Source of the DNA: an uncultured bacterium
Lineage (GTDB): Bacteria; SAR324; NAC60-12
Reading direction: 5' to 3'
Assembly: GCA_965662845.1 (NCBI GenBank)
Contig: CBFIJD010000011.1
Span: forward strand, 1-64,000
Length of the DNA stretch: 64,000 nucleotides
Position 1 is the first letter of the stretch, and every line of letters starts with the position of its first letter. This document shows positions 44,145 through 53,581 of the stretch, piece after piece. The translations under genes were made by a program, and so were the position numbers. The notes under the pieces were generated by a model that saw only the letters and a program-made list of their open reading frames with translations, made no database searches and was not told the origin of the DNA.

Positions 44145-44366
44145 ATGAAAGCAGATTTTGCGGACACAACGCTGCAGGAAATGATTGACCATCAGCGCGC
44201 TAAGGTGCTCCGCCTTGCACGTGAGATTCACCCCGGAGCCACCCCCGAAGACCTCCGCAATCCTCAAGACCTGCCAGCGCTCAACACAGATCCCTATTTC
44301 AACTACGAAGATGGGATTCTCGCCGGCTACATTGCAGCTCAAATTGCGCTCCGTAGCCGCGCATGA
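44145..44366 (+). CDS. Small conserved-looking hypothetical protein
   Basis: GAGG RBS; TPEDLRNPQDLP..FNYEDGILAGY; ATGA overlap with the next gene. Confidence 0.7.
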   Translation: MKADFADTTLQEMIDHQRAKVLRLAREIHPGATPEDLRNPQDLPALNTDPYFNYEDGILAGYIAAQIALRSRA

Positions 44367-44692
44367 AAGATGTCCGCTGGAGCCGCTCTCTGTTAGTTGA
44401 GTTCCTCCGAAATCACCCATTTCAACCTCTTTTGCTGGAAGATCAGCGCACTCAGGCCCGCCTCAGAGGGCAGGTGCCTCTGGTCAACGACTTAGATGTA
44501 TGCAGTGGAATTTTGGCGGAAGCTCCCTGGTATATGGAGCCCAATCTATTGGATATTTCTCTCACGTTTCACGATCAATTTATCGGTGTGCACGTCATGT
44601 TAGAACAGCCTGAGACGGGAGAACTCGCGCTTTCACTGCCTTGGGAAATCCCCTACGTTGACCTACATATTGAATTACTATCAGCCACCTGA
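44363..44692 (+). CDS. Hypothetical protein
   Basis: 109-aa ORF coupled to the previous gene and filling the gap before the aminotransferase. Confidence 0.6.
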   Translation: MKDVRWSRSLLVEFLRNHPFQPLLLEDQRTQARLRGQVPLVNDLDVCSGILAEAPWYMEPNLLDISLTFHDQFIGVHVMLEQPETGELALSLPWEIPYVDLHIELLSAT

Positions 44693-44720
44693 CCTCCCAC
44701 TATTTTGTCAAGGATCTCAT

Positions 44721-45953
44721 ATGGAAACCATGATCCCGAGTTTTTCCACAGATATTCACCCACCGAACACAGAACAGCTCTCATCTATTTTGCCATCAGA
44801 GCCTCTATTGCTGATGGGCGCGGGGCCTGTACCCATCTCACACGCGGTCGCTCGTGCTAACGGCGTGGTGATTAACCACCTTGGCGAGACCATGGATCGA
44901 GTGATCAGCAATTTGAAGTCGATGGCCGCGTATGCTTATCAAACCAAGAGCAGCAAGGTGCTGGGCGTCTCTGGACCGGCTTCGGCCGCGATCGAGATGG
45001 CGATCACCAACTTGTTGTGGCCGGGGCGCAAGGCGTTGATTTTAAAGATTGGCACCTTCAGCGGACGCATGGGAGAAATGGCCGAAGGCGTCGGAGCTGA
45101 CGTAGACATTTTGGAACGCACAGATGCCCGACCAGTCAGCGCCGAAATGGTAGAGCAGGCTTTTCGCAAGAAGAAGTATGATGTCCTGACCATGGTGCAG
45201 GGCGAGACCTCTTGTGGGGTCAAAACCGTGGATTTTCCAGAGATCGCCCGCATCGCCAAAGAAAATGGCGCGATGGTAATCGGTGACGCGGTCTGCACGC
45301 TGACTACCATGCCAATGGAGATGGATAATTGGGGGCTGGACGCCGTCATTGCCGGAGGACAGAAGGGGTTATCATCGATTCCAGGCGTATCGTTGATCGC
45401 CTTCTCTGAAGAAGCATGGAATCTGATTGAACAGCGGCCTGTCCGCCAACCGCACTGGTGTTTTGACGCGGTCCGCTCCCAGCGCTTTTGGGGAGGGCAG
45501 CAATATCACTACACAGCCCCCGTTCCCGGAATCTTAGCGCTGCATGAAGCGATGCGTCAGATCTGTGAAGAGGGACTGCCAGAGCGGTTCCAACGACACC
45601 TCGTGAACTCAAAAGCCTTGCAAGCAGGCATCGAAGCGATGGGGCTAGAGCTGTTCATTCCGGAAGATGTGCGGTTGAATTCCGTCGTCTCCATCAAAGT
45701 TCCTGAGAGCGCGGAGAGTTCGCGCATCCGTAAGCACATGGTGGACATGTTTCAGGTAGAGATCTCCGGAGCCTTCGGACTGAACATTGTGAGGATCGGT
45801 CAAATGGGCGAGCAGTGTCGCGCACACAACCTCTTCCGGGTGCTATACGCACTTGGAATGGCCTGTGTGCGAGAAGGCATCAACCTAGACGTGAGCACCG
45901 GCATGGCCGTCTTAGAGAAGAACCTGCAACACCCGGTGTTGCTCGCCAACTGA
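44721..45953 (+). CDS. Class V PLP aminotransferase (alanine/serine-glyoxylate type)
   Basis: LMGAGP, GETSCG, GDAV, GGQKGL (PLP lysine), YHYTAP, RIGQMG. Confidence 0.9.
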   Translation: METMIPSFSTDIHPPNTEQLSSILPSEPLLLMGAGPVPISHAVARANGVVINHLGETMDRVISNLKSMAAYAYQTKSSKVLGVSGPASAAIEMAITNLLWPGRKALILKIGTFSGRMGEMAEGVGADVDILERTDARPVSAEMVEQAFRKKKYDVLTMVQGETSCGVKTVDFPEIARIAKENGAMVIGDAVCTLTTMPMEMDNWGLDAVIAGGQKGLSSIPGVSLIAFSEEAWNLIEQRPVRQPHWCFDAVRSQRFWGGQQYHYTAPVPGILALHEAMRQICEEGLPERFQRHLVNSKALQAGIEAMGLELFIPEDVRLNSVVSIKVPESAESSRIRKHMVDMFQVEISGAFGLNIVRIGQMGEQCRAHNLFRVLYALGMACVREGINLDVSTGMAVLEKNLQHPVLLAN

Positions 45954-47332
45954 TGAAGGCGATTGAACTGCACTTCGATCGAGGCTCCCTGCAGCTGAGC
46001 GGGATCACCGACGAAGTGCGCTCCCTACTCCCCGCCTTACAGTGGGACGACCGAATCGAACGCTTCCGCGCTCCCGCTTACTCTTATCACGACATCGCGC
46101 TCGCCCTTCACCGTCGGCAACTGCCTTTCGTTGACAACGCTCGTCAATTTGCTCCCTGCTCCTTTCAGCTCAAGCAACACATCCAGCCCCGAAGTTACCA
46201 AGAAGAAGCCCTCACGGCGTGGTGGCAGTCTGGAAAACGTGGTGTGGTGACGCTCCCGACCGGCGCTGGGAAAACCATCCTCGCGATCCTCGCCATTGCT
46301 CGTACGGAACGCCCCGCGCTGATACACGTCCCTACCATTGATCTGCTGCATCAGTGGCATCAACTGTTAGAGCGCTTCTTTGGGGAGAAGGTGGGGCGAA
46401 TTGGTGGAGGCTATAAGGAATGGGAGCGGCTTACCGTTTCGACTTACGACTCAGCGTTGCTGCACGTGGAGTATCGCGGGAATCAATTTGGCTTGCTGGT
46501 GTTTGACGAGTGCCATCACCTCCCTGGTGAGCAGCTGCAATACACCGCCGTTGCTTCTCTGGCTCCGTTTCGTCTCGGACTCACCGCGACGCCTGAGCGC
46601 TCTGATGGCCGAGAACAACACCTCTATCAAATTTGTGGGCCACTCTGCTACGAGGCGCATATCGACGAATTAGAAGGGCAAACTCTGGCTCCATATCGCG
46701 TCCACACGATCGAGGTGGATATGTTGCCGGAAGAGGCGGAGCAATATCAGGAGCTGCGGCAACAGTACCTGCAGTTCGTGCGACAAGAAAGAATCCGGTT
46801 CGACACTCCTGATGGTTGGCAACAGTTTGTATTTCGTAGCTCGCGCACGCCGGAAGGACGCCAGGCTTTTCAAGCGTATTTGGCGCAAAAGCAGCTCAGC
46901 CAAGCTTCTCAAGCAAAACTAGGCTGGATCTGGCGACTGTTGACGCAACATGTCGAGGATCGGTTGCTGATTTTCACGCAAGATAACGAGATGGCTTACC
47001 AAATTGGACGCCGTTTCCTGTTGCCTGTGTTGACACATCACACCAAAACCAATGAGCGAGCTCAGTTTCTGAGCAAGTTTCGAGATGGGAGTTATCCGAC
47101 GTTAGTGACGTCGAAAGTGCTGAACGAGGGGGTTGATGTGCCAGAGGCCAACGTGGCGGTTGTGGTCTCAGGAAGCGGCAGCATCCGGGAGCATGTGCAG
47201 AGGTTAGGAAGAATTTTGCGGGCAAAGCCGGGGAAAGAGGCCGTGTTGTATGAGTTGATTTCAAGAGGAACCGCCGAGCTGTATGTGAACCAGCGCCGAC
47301 GGCAGCATCGCGCGTATGATCGTCAGCGATAG
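45953..47332 (+). CDS. XPB/SSL2 (Rad25)-like SF2 helicase
   Basis: RSYQEEAL, LPTGAGKT, DECH, LGLTATPER, LNEGVDVP, QRLGRILR; TGATG coupling to the upstream gene. Confidence 0.9.
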   Translation: MKAIELHFDRGSLQLSGITDEVRSLLPALQWDDRIERFRAPAYSYHDIALALHRRQLPFVDNARQFAPCSFQLKQHIQPRSYQEEALTAWWQSGKRGVVTLPTGAGKTILAILAIARTERPALIHVPTIDLLHQWHQLLERFFGEKVGRIGGGYKEWERLTVSTYDSALLHVEYRGNQFGLLVFDECHHLPGEQLQYTAVASLAPFRLGLTATPERSDGREQHLYQICGPLCYEAHIDELEGQTLAPYRVHTIEVDMLPEEAEQYQELRQQYLQFVRQERIRFDTPDGWQQFVFRSSRTPEGRQAFQAYLAQKQLSQASQAKLGWIWRLLTQHVEDRLLIFTQDNEMAYQIGRRFLLPVLTHHTKTNERAQFLSKFRDGSYPTLVTSKVLNEGVDVPEANVAVVVSGSGSIREHVQRLGRILRAKPGKEAVLYELISRGTAELYVNQRRRQHRAYDRQR

Positions 47333-48402
47333 CGGTCCATGCCTCCCATTCGCTTCACGCGATCAGCCGGAGGGATAATTTCAGTGACGCGCGCTCCAAA
47401 CTTCTCTTTGTAGACCACGACTTCGCCGCGAGCGACTAGCTTCCCGTTAACAAAGACATCGAGGTCTTCTCCAACGAGACGATGCAACTCCAGCACAGAG
47501 CCTTGCCCGAGAGACAGCAAGTCGCTGATGCTCATCTTGGCTCGACCCACTTCAAAGGTCACCGTTAGCGGCATCTCGAGCAAGAAGTTGACATCCAAGT
47601 TGGGGGCTTCCTCGACGTCTCCGCCTGCGTCTCCGCCACCAGTTTGTTGCTCTACCATGTCCAGCACGTTTTGAACGTTGCCTGGGCTGACTTGGCTAGG
47701 GTCTCCTCCAGTGAGACCTCCCAAATCCATGCCGCTCGTTGGAGCGATTTTTGAGGAACTCTCAGCGAATTTTGCCGCTGCTTGCATCTGTCGCTCTTCT
47801 TCCATTTCTGGCCCATCCTCGACAGCTATTTGCCCTACACCTGCGCCCGCGCTGGCTTGGTCAAACATACTGTCAATGTCGCCTTGAGAAGTCGGCCCAC
47901 TCGCGGGAGGCGCTTGGAGTTTGGAGTCGTCAAAAGCGTCGGGACTAGCTTGCACGTTGGCGAAGAGGTCATCTACGCCTGACTGCGAGGCGACATCGCC
48001 GCTGCCTGTGCTTGGCGCGGGTGAGCCCCCAGAGCCGGCTTGATCAAACAAGTCGTCGATGGAGTCTTGGGAGACGGTGCCGCTGGTGTTCGTTTTCAGC
48101 TCTGGTTCTGCGCTACCGCCGCCATCGAACAAGGCGTCAATCCCTTCCTGCCCCATGGAGCCGTCGCTCTCTATGTTCGTGGCCAAGCCACCACCGCCGC
48201 CGTCAAAGAGGGCGTCGATGTCGCCCTGTGAGGTCGGTTCGTTTGGGTTCGTAGCGGGAGCGTCGTTCTGAGCGTTATCGAACATGCTGTCGATGTCATT
48301 CTGCGAAGCCGAGCCTCCACTTGGAGCCGCGGGTTCGGGTTTAGAGTCTCCACCGCTGGGTCCAAACAGCGCGTCGATTTCGTCTTGCGACATTTCAGCC
48401 AT
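47323..48402 (-). CDS. fliN: Flagellar motor switch protein FliN with a long repeat-containing N-terminal extension
   Basis: C-terminal SpoA domain (MPLTVTFEVGR, LGQGSVLELHRLVGE, VNGKLVARGEVVV, FGARVTEI); purine-rich RBS before ATG 48402. Confidence 0.92.
   Translation of the reverse strand: MAEMSQDEIDALFGPSGGDSKPEPAAPSGGSASQNDIDSMFDNAQNDAPATNPNEPTSQGDIDALFDGGGGGLATNIESDGSMGQEGIDALFDGGGSAEPELKTNTSGTVSQDSIDDLFDQAGSGGSPAPSTGSGDVASQSGVDDLFANVQASPDAFDDSKLQAPPASGPTSQGDIDSMFDQASAGAGVGQIAVEDGPEMEEERQMQAAAKFAESSSKIAPTSGMDLGGLTGGDPSQVSPGNVQNVLDMVEQQTGGGDAGGDVEEAPNLDVNFLLEMPLTVTFEVGRAKMSISDLLSLGQGSVLELHRLVGEDLDVFVNGKLVARGEVVVYKEKFGARVTEIIPPADRVKRMGGMDRYR
47863..48393 (-). repeat. Seven degenerate peptide repeats (S/G)QxxIDxxF inside fliN
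   Basis: MSQDEIDALF, ASQNDIDSMF, TSQGDIDALF, MGQEGIDALF, VSQDSIDDLF, ASQSGVDDLF, TSQGDIDSMF, spaced 25-33 aa. Confidence 0.92.
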
Positions 48403-48422
48403 GTTTCCTTCTCCGTTGGGGC

Positions 48423-49331
48423 TCAATCATGGAACGCAAGGGGTTGCAGCGACTCGCGAACCCAGAGCTTGCGGGGTTGTTCTAGGGATAGGTCTTCGCA
48501 GGAAGTTGGGCCTACAAATTCTTGTTGTCGTAAAATCAGTTTCCAAGCGGAAAAATCTTGCGCTCCTACCCGGAAGGCGACCTCTACGCGGCCCTCTACC
48601 GGCGCGGGGTCATCTGCGATTTGCACGTCTCCGCGCAGCTGATGGGTTCGGCAGTGTTGACGAATGTGTGTCTCTACTGCCTGCAACCAAGGAGGGCGAA
48701 AAGAGCACCCTCGGTACAATTCAGGAGGAACTTCGCCGGCAAGCAGTGACGGGGCCTGTTCTGGGGTCACTCTCCCATACATGTGACCGCTGGGAAATTC
48801 CAAAAGCGTGGCGGCGAAGCGATGGCCACCTAAGTGCGTTGCTTCCCAGATCTCTGCTGGAATGTGCGCTTGCTGTGCGCTTGCACTCAAGGCTTGGAAG
48901 ACTCTCTGACCAAACTTTGCACAGCATTTATCATGCCTTCCGTGGGTGCAGACAAAGAACTGGCGTGGGCTTTCGATCGGTTTTCCATAGGCTTCAGACA
49001 TTCGCCCTTGGAGATGGGCTTCTAACACGGCGTAGATCTCTTCACGGGGAACATCCACATACTGCACTTGAGCGGGATAGGCATAGATGGTGACCGTTGC
49101 GCTAGAGGTGACTTCGGGGCTGCTGATCAACCGTGTTAAAATCTTGCCGTATTTCTCGCTATTTTCATCGAGCCACTCGCGAAAGTGGGGGGGGAAGCCC
49201 CCTTTAGAATTGACCAAAGCCTTGTCGCCCCAACAGGTTTTGGGCCAAGTGATGAAGAAGAAATGTTCGGCAAAGGGAGCCGTTCCCGCGAGGGGTTCTT
49301 GTTGTTCTGAGGACAATTGGCTGCAATACAT
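48423..49331 (-). CDS. Sucrase/ferredoxin-like (thioredoxin-like 2Fe-2S) protein
   Basis: EPLAGTA, VCTHGRHDKCCA, HLGGHRFA, YGR, YRGCS. Confidence 0.88.
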   Translation of the reverse strand: MYCSQLSSEQQEPLAGTAPFAEHFFFITWPKTCWGDKALVNSKGGFPPHFREWLDENSEKYGKILTRLISSPEVTSSATVTIYAYPAQVQYVDVPREEIYAVLEAHLQGRMSEAYGKPIESPRQFFVCTHGRHDKCCAKFGQRVFQALSASAQQAHIPAEIWEATHLGGHRFAATLLEFPSGHMYGRVTPEQAPSLLAGEVPPELYRGCSFRPPWLQAVETHIRQHCRTHQLRGDVQIADDPAPVEGRVEVAFRVGAQDFSAWKLILRQQEFVGPTSCEDLSLEQPRKLWVRESLQPLAFHD

Positions 49332-49337
49332 AAGGGA

Positions 49338-50159
49338 TTACTCAGAAGCTGGGTTAGCAGTGCCGCGCCAAGTCATTAGATTTGCCTCAAACTCAGGGTG
49401 TGGCAAACAGTGAATCGGGCCGAAGGTTTCAATTTGGGTAACACGTAAAAGCCGATGTTTGATCAGCTCCAAGAGCGCCATAAACGTTAACACCAACAAA
49501 CTACGTGAGGCTCGCGCGGGAAACAACTGCTCAACCGCTAGCGACTTCTGCCGTAACAGCTCACCCAGTAGCTCCTCCATTCGATCTTCAATGCGATACG
49601 ACTCCGTCTCTACGCGGTGTTCATGTATGCGTGGTCGGCGGGCCATGACTTGTTGAAACGTCGTTAGCAAATCGAACACCGAAAGCTCTTCAAACTCTTC
49701 CTCTTCTTGCTTGGCCGCGTCTGGCAACTCCTCTGCGGCTGGTGGGCGTTGGAAAACGTCTCGCCCCAATAGATCTCGGGTGCCTAGCGCAAAGGCGGCT
49801 TCTTTGAAACGCTGATATTCCAGCAACCGCTGCCGCAAGAGTTCCTCCGGGTCTTCGTCTGGCTCTTCATCGTCGTCTGATGGTGGGCGGGGGAGCAGTG
49901 CGCGCGACTTGATCAAGATCAGCGTGGCCGCAATGTCGAGAAATTCACTAGCTAGGTCTAAATTCACCGATTGCATGGCTTCCAGATATTCCAGATAAGA
50001 AGCGGTCAAATCGGCTAATCGGACCTCGGCGATTTCAAGTTTTTTGCGACGAATGAGATGCAGGAGCAGGTCAAGGGGCCCCTCAAAAAAGTTCAGTCGA
50101 ACTTCGAGGGGGTTCTCAGGATTGGGAAAAATCGACAGTTGAGGAGAGGGGTCATTCAC
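49338..50159 (-). CDS. scpA: Segregation and condensation protein A (kleisin)
   Basis: FEGPLDLLLHLI, EFLDIAATLILIKSRALLP, TFMALLELIK. Confidence 0.95.
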   Translation of the reverse strand: MNDPSPQLSIFPNPENPLEVRLNFFEGPLDLLLHLIRRKKLEIAEVRLADLTASYLEYLEAMQSVNLDLASEFLDIAATLILIKSRALLPRPPSDDDEEPDEDPEELLRQRLLEYQRFKEAAFALGTRDLLGRDVFQRPPAAEELPDAAKQEEEEFEELSVFDLLTTFQQVMARRPRIHEHRVETESYRIEDRMEELLGELLRQKSLAVEQLFPARASRSLLVLTFMALLELIKHRLLRVTQIETFGPIHCLPHPEFEANLMTWRGTANPASE

Positions 50160-50160
50160 A

Positions 50161-52854
50161 TCACTCCAGGTTCAAATCGCGGAGCAGTTTTTCGCGGGAG
50201 TCGGGCTCTTGTCCTTGTTGATAGCGCTGGCGGGCGCCCCGCGTGATTTCTCGTAAATCTTCTTGGGTACGGATGATTTTCGGCCGAATGAACAGCAACA
50301 GGTTGGTCTTGTCGATGCTGTTGTTGCTTCCGGCAAATAAGCCGCCGAGCAGAGGCAGGTCCCGAAAACCAGGCACCGAATTTTCCGAGTTTCTGCGCGT
50401 CTCATCGATGAGACCACCCAACACGACGATCTCATTGTCACGAGTGACCACCGTGGTGTTGAGCTCTCGCTTAAATGTGGTGATGGCGGTCTCTGAGGTG
50501 GCTTGCGTGCTGGTGACGATGTTGCTGGACTCTTGGGCAATCTCTAAACGAATGCTGTCCGTTCCACTGATTTGCGGCTTGATGGTCAGCTTGATTCCGA
50601 TGTCTTTGAACTCCGTCTCGGTTGTGGAGACCCCATTTGAATTGGTCACCGTCCGCGTTGAAACCGGAGTGTTCGTGGTGACGTTGATGCTGGAAGAGAC
50701 GTTGTTGAGCATCATGATCTGGGGATTTGCCAAGACATTCACGTCCTGATCTGTCTGAGTCGCACGAATAAAAGCTCCAAAGCTGAAGTAGGTCTGGTCA
50801 CCAAAGGTGATTTCTCCCCCCACGATGCCGAAGGTGGACTCATTGGTTGCGGAGGTGAGCGTCTCGGACGTGAGAGGGGTGGTGTTTGGGAACCCTCCGC
50901 CGATGAGGCGCCCGTCTCTCTCGCCTGCCGCACGCCAGTTGATCCCTAAGTCCAAACTTTTGGTGAGCGTGACTTCCATGAGCAAGGCTTCTACATAGAC
51001 CTGCAACCGTGGGACATCTAAGCGCGCAATGATGTCTTCTAAAGTAGGGAGCGTCTCAGGTGACGCGAAAATCAACAGGGAGTTTGTGGCTTCATCGGCG
51101 GTGATGGAAATGTCAGCTTGTTCGTTTGCTTTTTGGGTGGGCTGATCTTCGGCCGTCTGTTTGTTTTCGGCTTCTGTCTGGGCAATTTCTGTGATGCGCC
51201 CGGTCAATTCTAGCAACAGAGGCGCAAGGTCTTTCGCTACAGCGAATTTCAGCGGATAGAGCCGGAAGTTGCTGGTGGTGCGCTCTTCTTCTTGGAACAC
51301 GTCCAACTCTTTGAGCAGCTCTCGCAGTTGCTCTAATTTTTGCTTGTCAGAAATCACAATCAAAGCGTTGAGGCGAGGCTCAGGGATAATTTTTAAGGAC
51401 TCTACCACCTCTTTTTTCTCCACCTCTTTCTCAGAAGTTTTGATCTCACTGAACACTTTAGTGAGCAATCCGCTCATCGTTTCGGCTTCTGTGAATTGTA
51501 GCGGGATCAACTCATAGATGATTTCTCCTTCGGCTTGCTGCGGAATGTCGAGCTTGCCTGCCAACGAAAGAATCCGCTCGGTGACAACCCGATCTGCCAG
51601 TAAAATCAGCGCGTTGAGCCTCGCTTCAGGGATGATTTTGACCGGGCTAGATTTCGCGGTCTCTCCTTTGTCCTGACCTTGGACAATCTGATCAGTAAAG
51701 ATGGTCGAGAGCAGCTGGCCCAAGGCCGCCGCTTCTGCATATTTGACCGGATAGATCGTGATTTCAACGCCCCGTTCTCGCTCGACGTCAAGTTGCTCAA
51801 CCAGCTGCTGAATGTCGCGGGTGGTGGTTTCGTTGGCAAGGATGACAATCGCATTCATTGGAGGAAAGGGGATCAGCTGAATCGAGGCGGTCTTGGGGAA
51901 GACATTCTGCAGCAGAGAAATGACCTCTTGCGGATTCAGGAAACGCAAGCGCTGGATCGTGAGGGTTCGCCCTTCCACAGGGACGTCGATGCTGTCTAAG
52001 AAGCTGACCAGCTCTTCGGTGACCTCTGGTAGCGCGATAATGAACATAGAGTTGGAGCGATCTTCGATCACCAACTTGAACGTGAAGGCTTTGCCGCTCC
52101 GCTGAAGATTTGCGTATAAGTCGGTGACGGTCTTGTGCAGCTCTTTGATGTCGTTGTGGCGTGGGGTGTAACGAGTGATGGTCTGACGAATCCCTTCGGG
52201 CTCAGGTACATCTAGCAGCGCAATGATCTCTTCGATGCGCGCAATGTTAGCGGCGTTGTCGAGTACGATGAGCATGTTCAGCGGTTCATACAGCAGCATC
52301 GCGCCAGACTTAGAAAAAATGGGCTGCACTGTGGATTGCACTCGCTTCAAATCGGCATGCTCAATTTGAATCAGGCGCATCACAAACTCTTGATCTGCGT
52401 CTAGGGGGACGTCTTGGGAGATGTCCAACTTCAGAAACCGCGCATCGCCGGCGGGTAAAATTTCCACCACATTGCTGTTGGTGCGGGGAACAAGCGCGAG
52501 CCCCTGCGTTTGTAGAATTTTCTCAAAGAAGTAGAGCGCGTCACGGGCCGAAACCTTCAAGTTCGCCGGGGCTGTAATCGACATTTGCCCACGCAGGTTC
52601 TTGTCTTCATATAAGAAGACCGTATTGGTCGACTGCGCGATGATCTTGATGAACTCTTGCAGCACAATTGTTGGCGGCAGATTGATGCTGACCTCATCAG
52701 AGAGCTCGGCAAAGCGCTGTCGCATCTCCCGAGTCGCATTGTCGAGGCTCAGCGGGGTTTCAGGCGTTTGGGCGAAGATCGGGTGAGAGAGGCAGAACAG
52801 GAGCAGGATGAGGACGGCCTGGCGGCCACCACGCAATGCGGCGTGAATGATCAT
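50161..52854 (-). CDS. gspD: Type II secretion secretin with extra N-domains
   Basis: Signal peptide, N0 domain, six KH-like repeats, QVYVEALLMEV, NVLANPQIM, VLGGLI, VPGFRDLPLLGGLF, LLLFIRPKII. Confidence 0.9.
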   Translation of the reverse strand: MIIHAALRGGRQAVLILLLFCLSHPIFAQTPETPLSLDNATREMRQRFAELSDEVSINLPPTIVLQEFIKIIAQSTNTVFLYEDKNLRGQMSITAPANLKVSARDALYFFEKILQTQGLALVPRTNSNVVEILPAGDARFLKLDISQDVPLDADQEFVMRLIQIEHADLKRVQSTVQPIFSKSGAMLLYEPLNMLIVLDNAANIARIEEIIALLDVPEPEGIRQTITRYTPRHNDIKELHKTVTDLYANLQRSGKAFTFKLVIEDRSNSMFIIALPEVTEELVSFLDSIDVPVEGRTLTIQRLRFLNPQEVISLLQNVFPKTASIQLIPFPPMNAIVILANETTTRDIQQLVEQLDVERERGVEITIYPVKYAEAAALGQLLSTIFTDQIVQGQDKGETAKSSPVKIIPEARLNALILLADRVVTERILSLAGKLDIPQQAEGEIIYELIPLQFTEAETMSGLLTKVFSEIKTSEKEVEKKEVVESLKIIPEPRLNALIVISDKQKLEQLRELLKELDVFQEEERTTSNFRLYPLKFAVAKDLAPLLLELTGRITEIAQTEAENKQTAEDQPTQKANEQADISITADEATNSLLIFASPETLPTLEDIIARLDVPRLQVYVEALLMEVTLTKSLDLGINWRAAGERDGRLIGGGFPNTTPLTSETLTSATNESTFGIVGGEITFGDQTYFSFGAFIRATQTDQDVNVLANPQIMMLNNVSSSINVTTNTPVSTRTVTNSNGVSTTETEFKDIGIKLTIKPQISGTDSIRLEIAQESSNIVTSTQATSETAITTFKRELNTTVVTRDNEIVVLGGLIDETRRNSENSVPGFRDLPLLGGLFAGSNNSIDKTNLLLFIRPKIIRTQEDLREITRGARQRYQQGQEPDSREKLLRDLNLE

Positions 52855-52862
52855 GGGGTCAG

Positions 52863-53552
52863 TTACGTTGGCAAGTTGAGCGTTTGTGAAAGTAGAAAGC
52901 GAGCAAATTGAAGGTCAAGCGGTGTGGTGATTTTCAGGTTTGTCTCTTCGCCATCGACTACGTGCAGGGGAACTCCGGCTTTCTCAAGCAAAGATGCGTC
53001 ATCTGTCACAGACCAGTTTTCGAGTTGAGCCTGTCGAGTCGCGTGAAGATATGGTTCCAGACGGAAGCCCTGAGGCGTTTGGGTCGCGACGAGTTCACTG
53101 CGATCAACCAACGAGACGTGCTCGCCCTGGACTTTGCGGATCGTGTCTTTGAGAGCGATGACTGGAATCACCGCTGGGTGCTGTTCCAATGCCGAAGCCA
53201 CCCTTGCGATCAGAGTTGGGGAGCACAGAGGACGGGCGGCATCGTGCACGAGCACGGCCTCATCTTTTTCGTCAGCGTTCACCTGTCGGAGCGCGTTGGC
53301 GACGGAGTCTTGTCGCCGAGGCCCGCCAGCAACAAGTGTGACATCTGGCAAAGATGCAAAGGGCGCAATACTAGCCTGATCCTCTGGTGCAAAAACAAGA
53401 TAAATGTGACGAATTGACGGATGTTCTCGCAGCTTTGCTAGGCTGTGTTCCAAAATAGACGCTGTGTGCAGAGGCAAGAGCAGCTTGTTGCGATCTGCTC
53501 CCATGCGTTGGCCACGTCCAGCGGCGGGGAGGATCGCGGAGAGAGAAAGCAT
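52863..53552 (-). CDS. ispD: 2-C-methyl-D-erythritol 4-phosphate cytidylyltransferase
   Basis: AAGRGQRMG, RQDSV, VHDAARP, QTPQGF, TDDAS, NLKITTPLDL. Confidence 0.95.
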   Translation of the reverse strand: MLSLSAILPAAGRGQRMGADRNKLLLPLHTASILEHSLAKLREHPSIRHIYLVFAPEDQASIAPFASLPDVTLVAGGPRRQDSVANALRQVNADEKDEAVLVHDAARPLCSPTLIARVASALEQHPAVIPVIALKDTIRKVQGEHVSLVDRSELVATQTPQGFRLEPYLHATRQAQLENWSVTDDASLLEKAGVPLHVVDGEETNLKITTPLDLQFARFLLSQTLNLPT

Positions 53553-53581
53553 CGTGCTTCCAAAGCAAGAGGAATGTGAAT

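Noticed and set aside
47863..48393. Repeats in fliN as a CRISPR-like or DNA tandem array
   Set aside because: Conservation is at the peptide level with diverged codons, inside a CDS; no cas genes.
48284..49093. 269-aa plus-strand ORF (similarly 12680-13327, 14183-14824, 31629-32270)
   Set aside because: Antisense to well-supported genes, with no recognisable domains.
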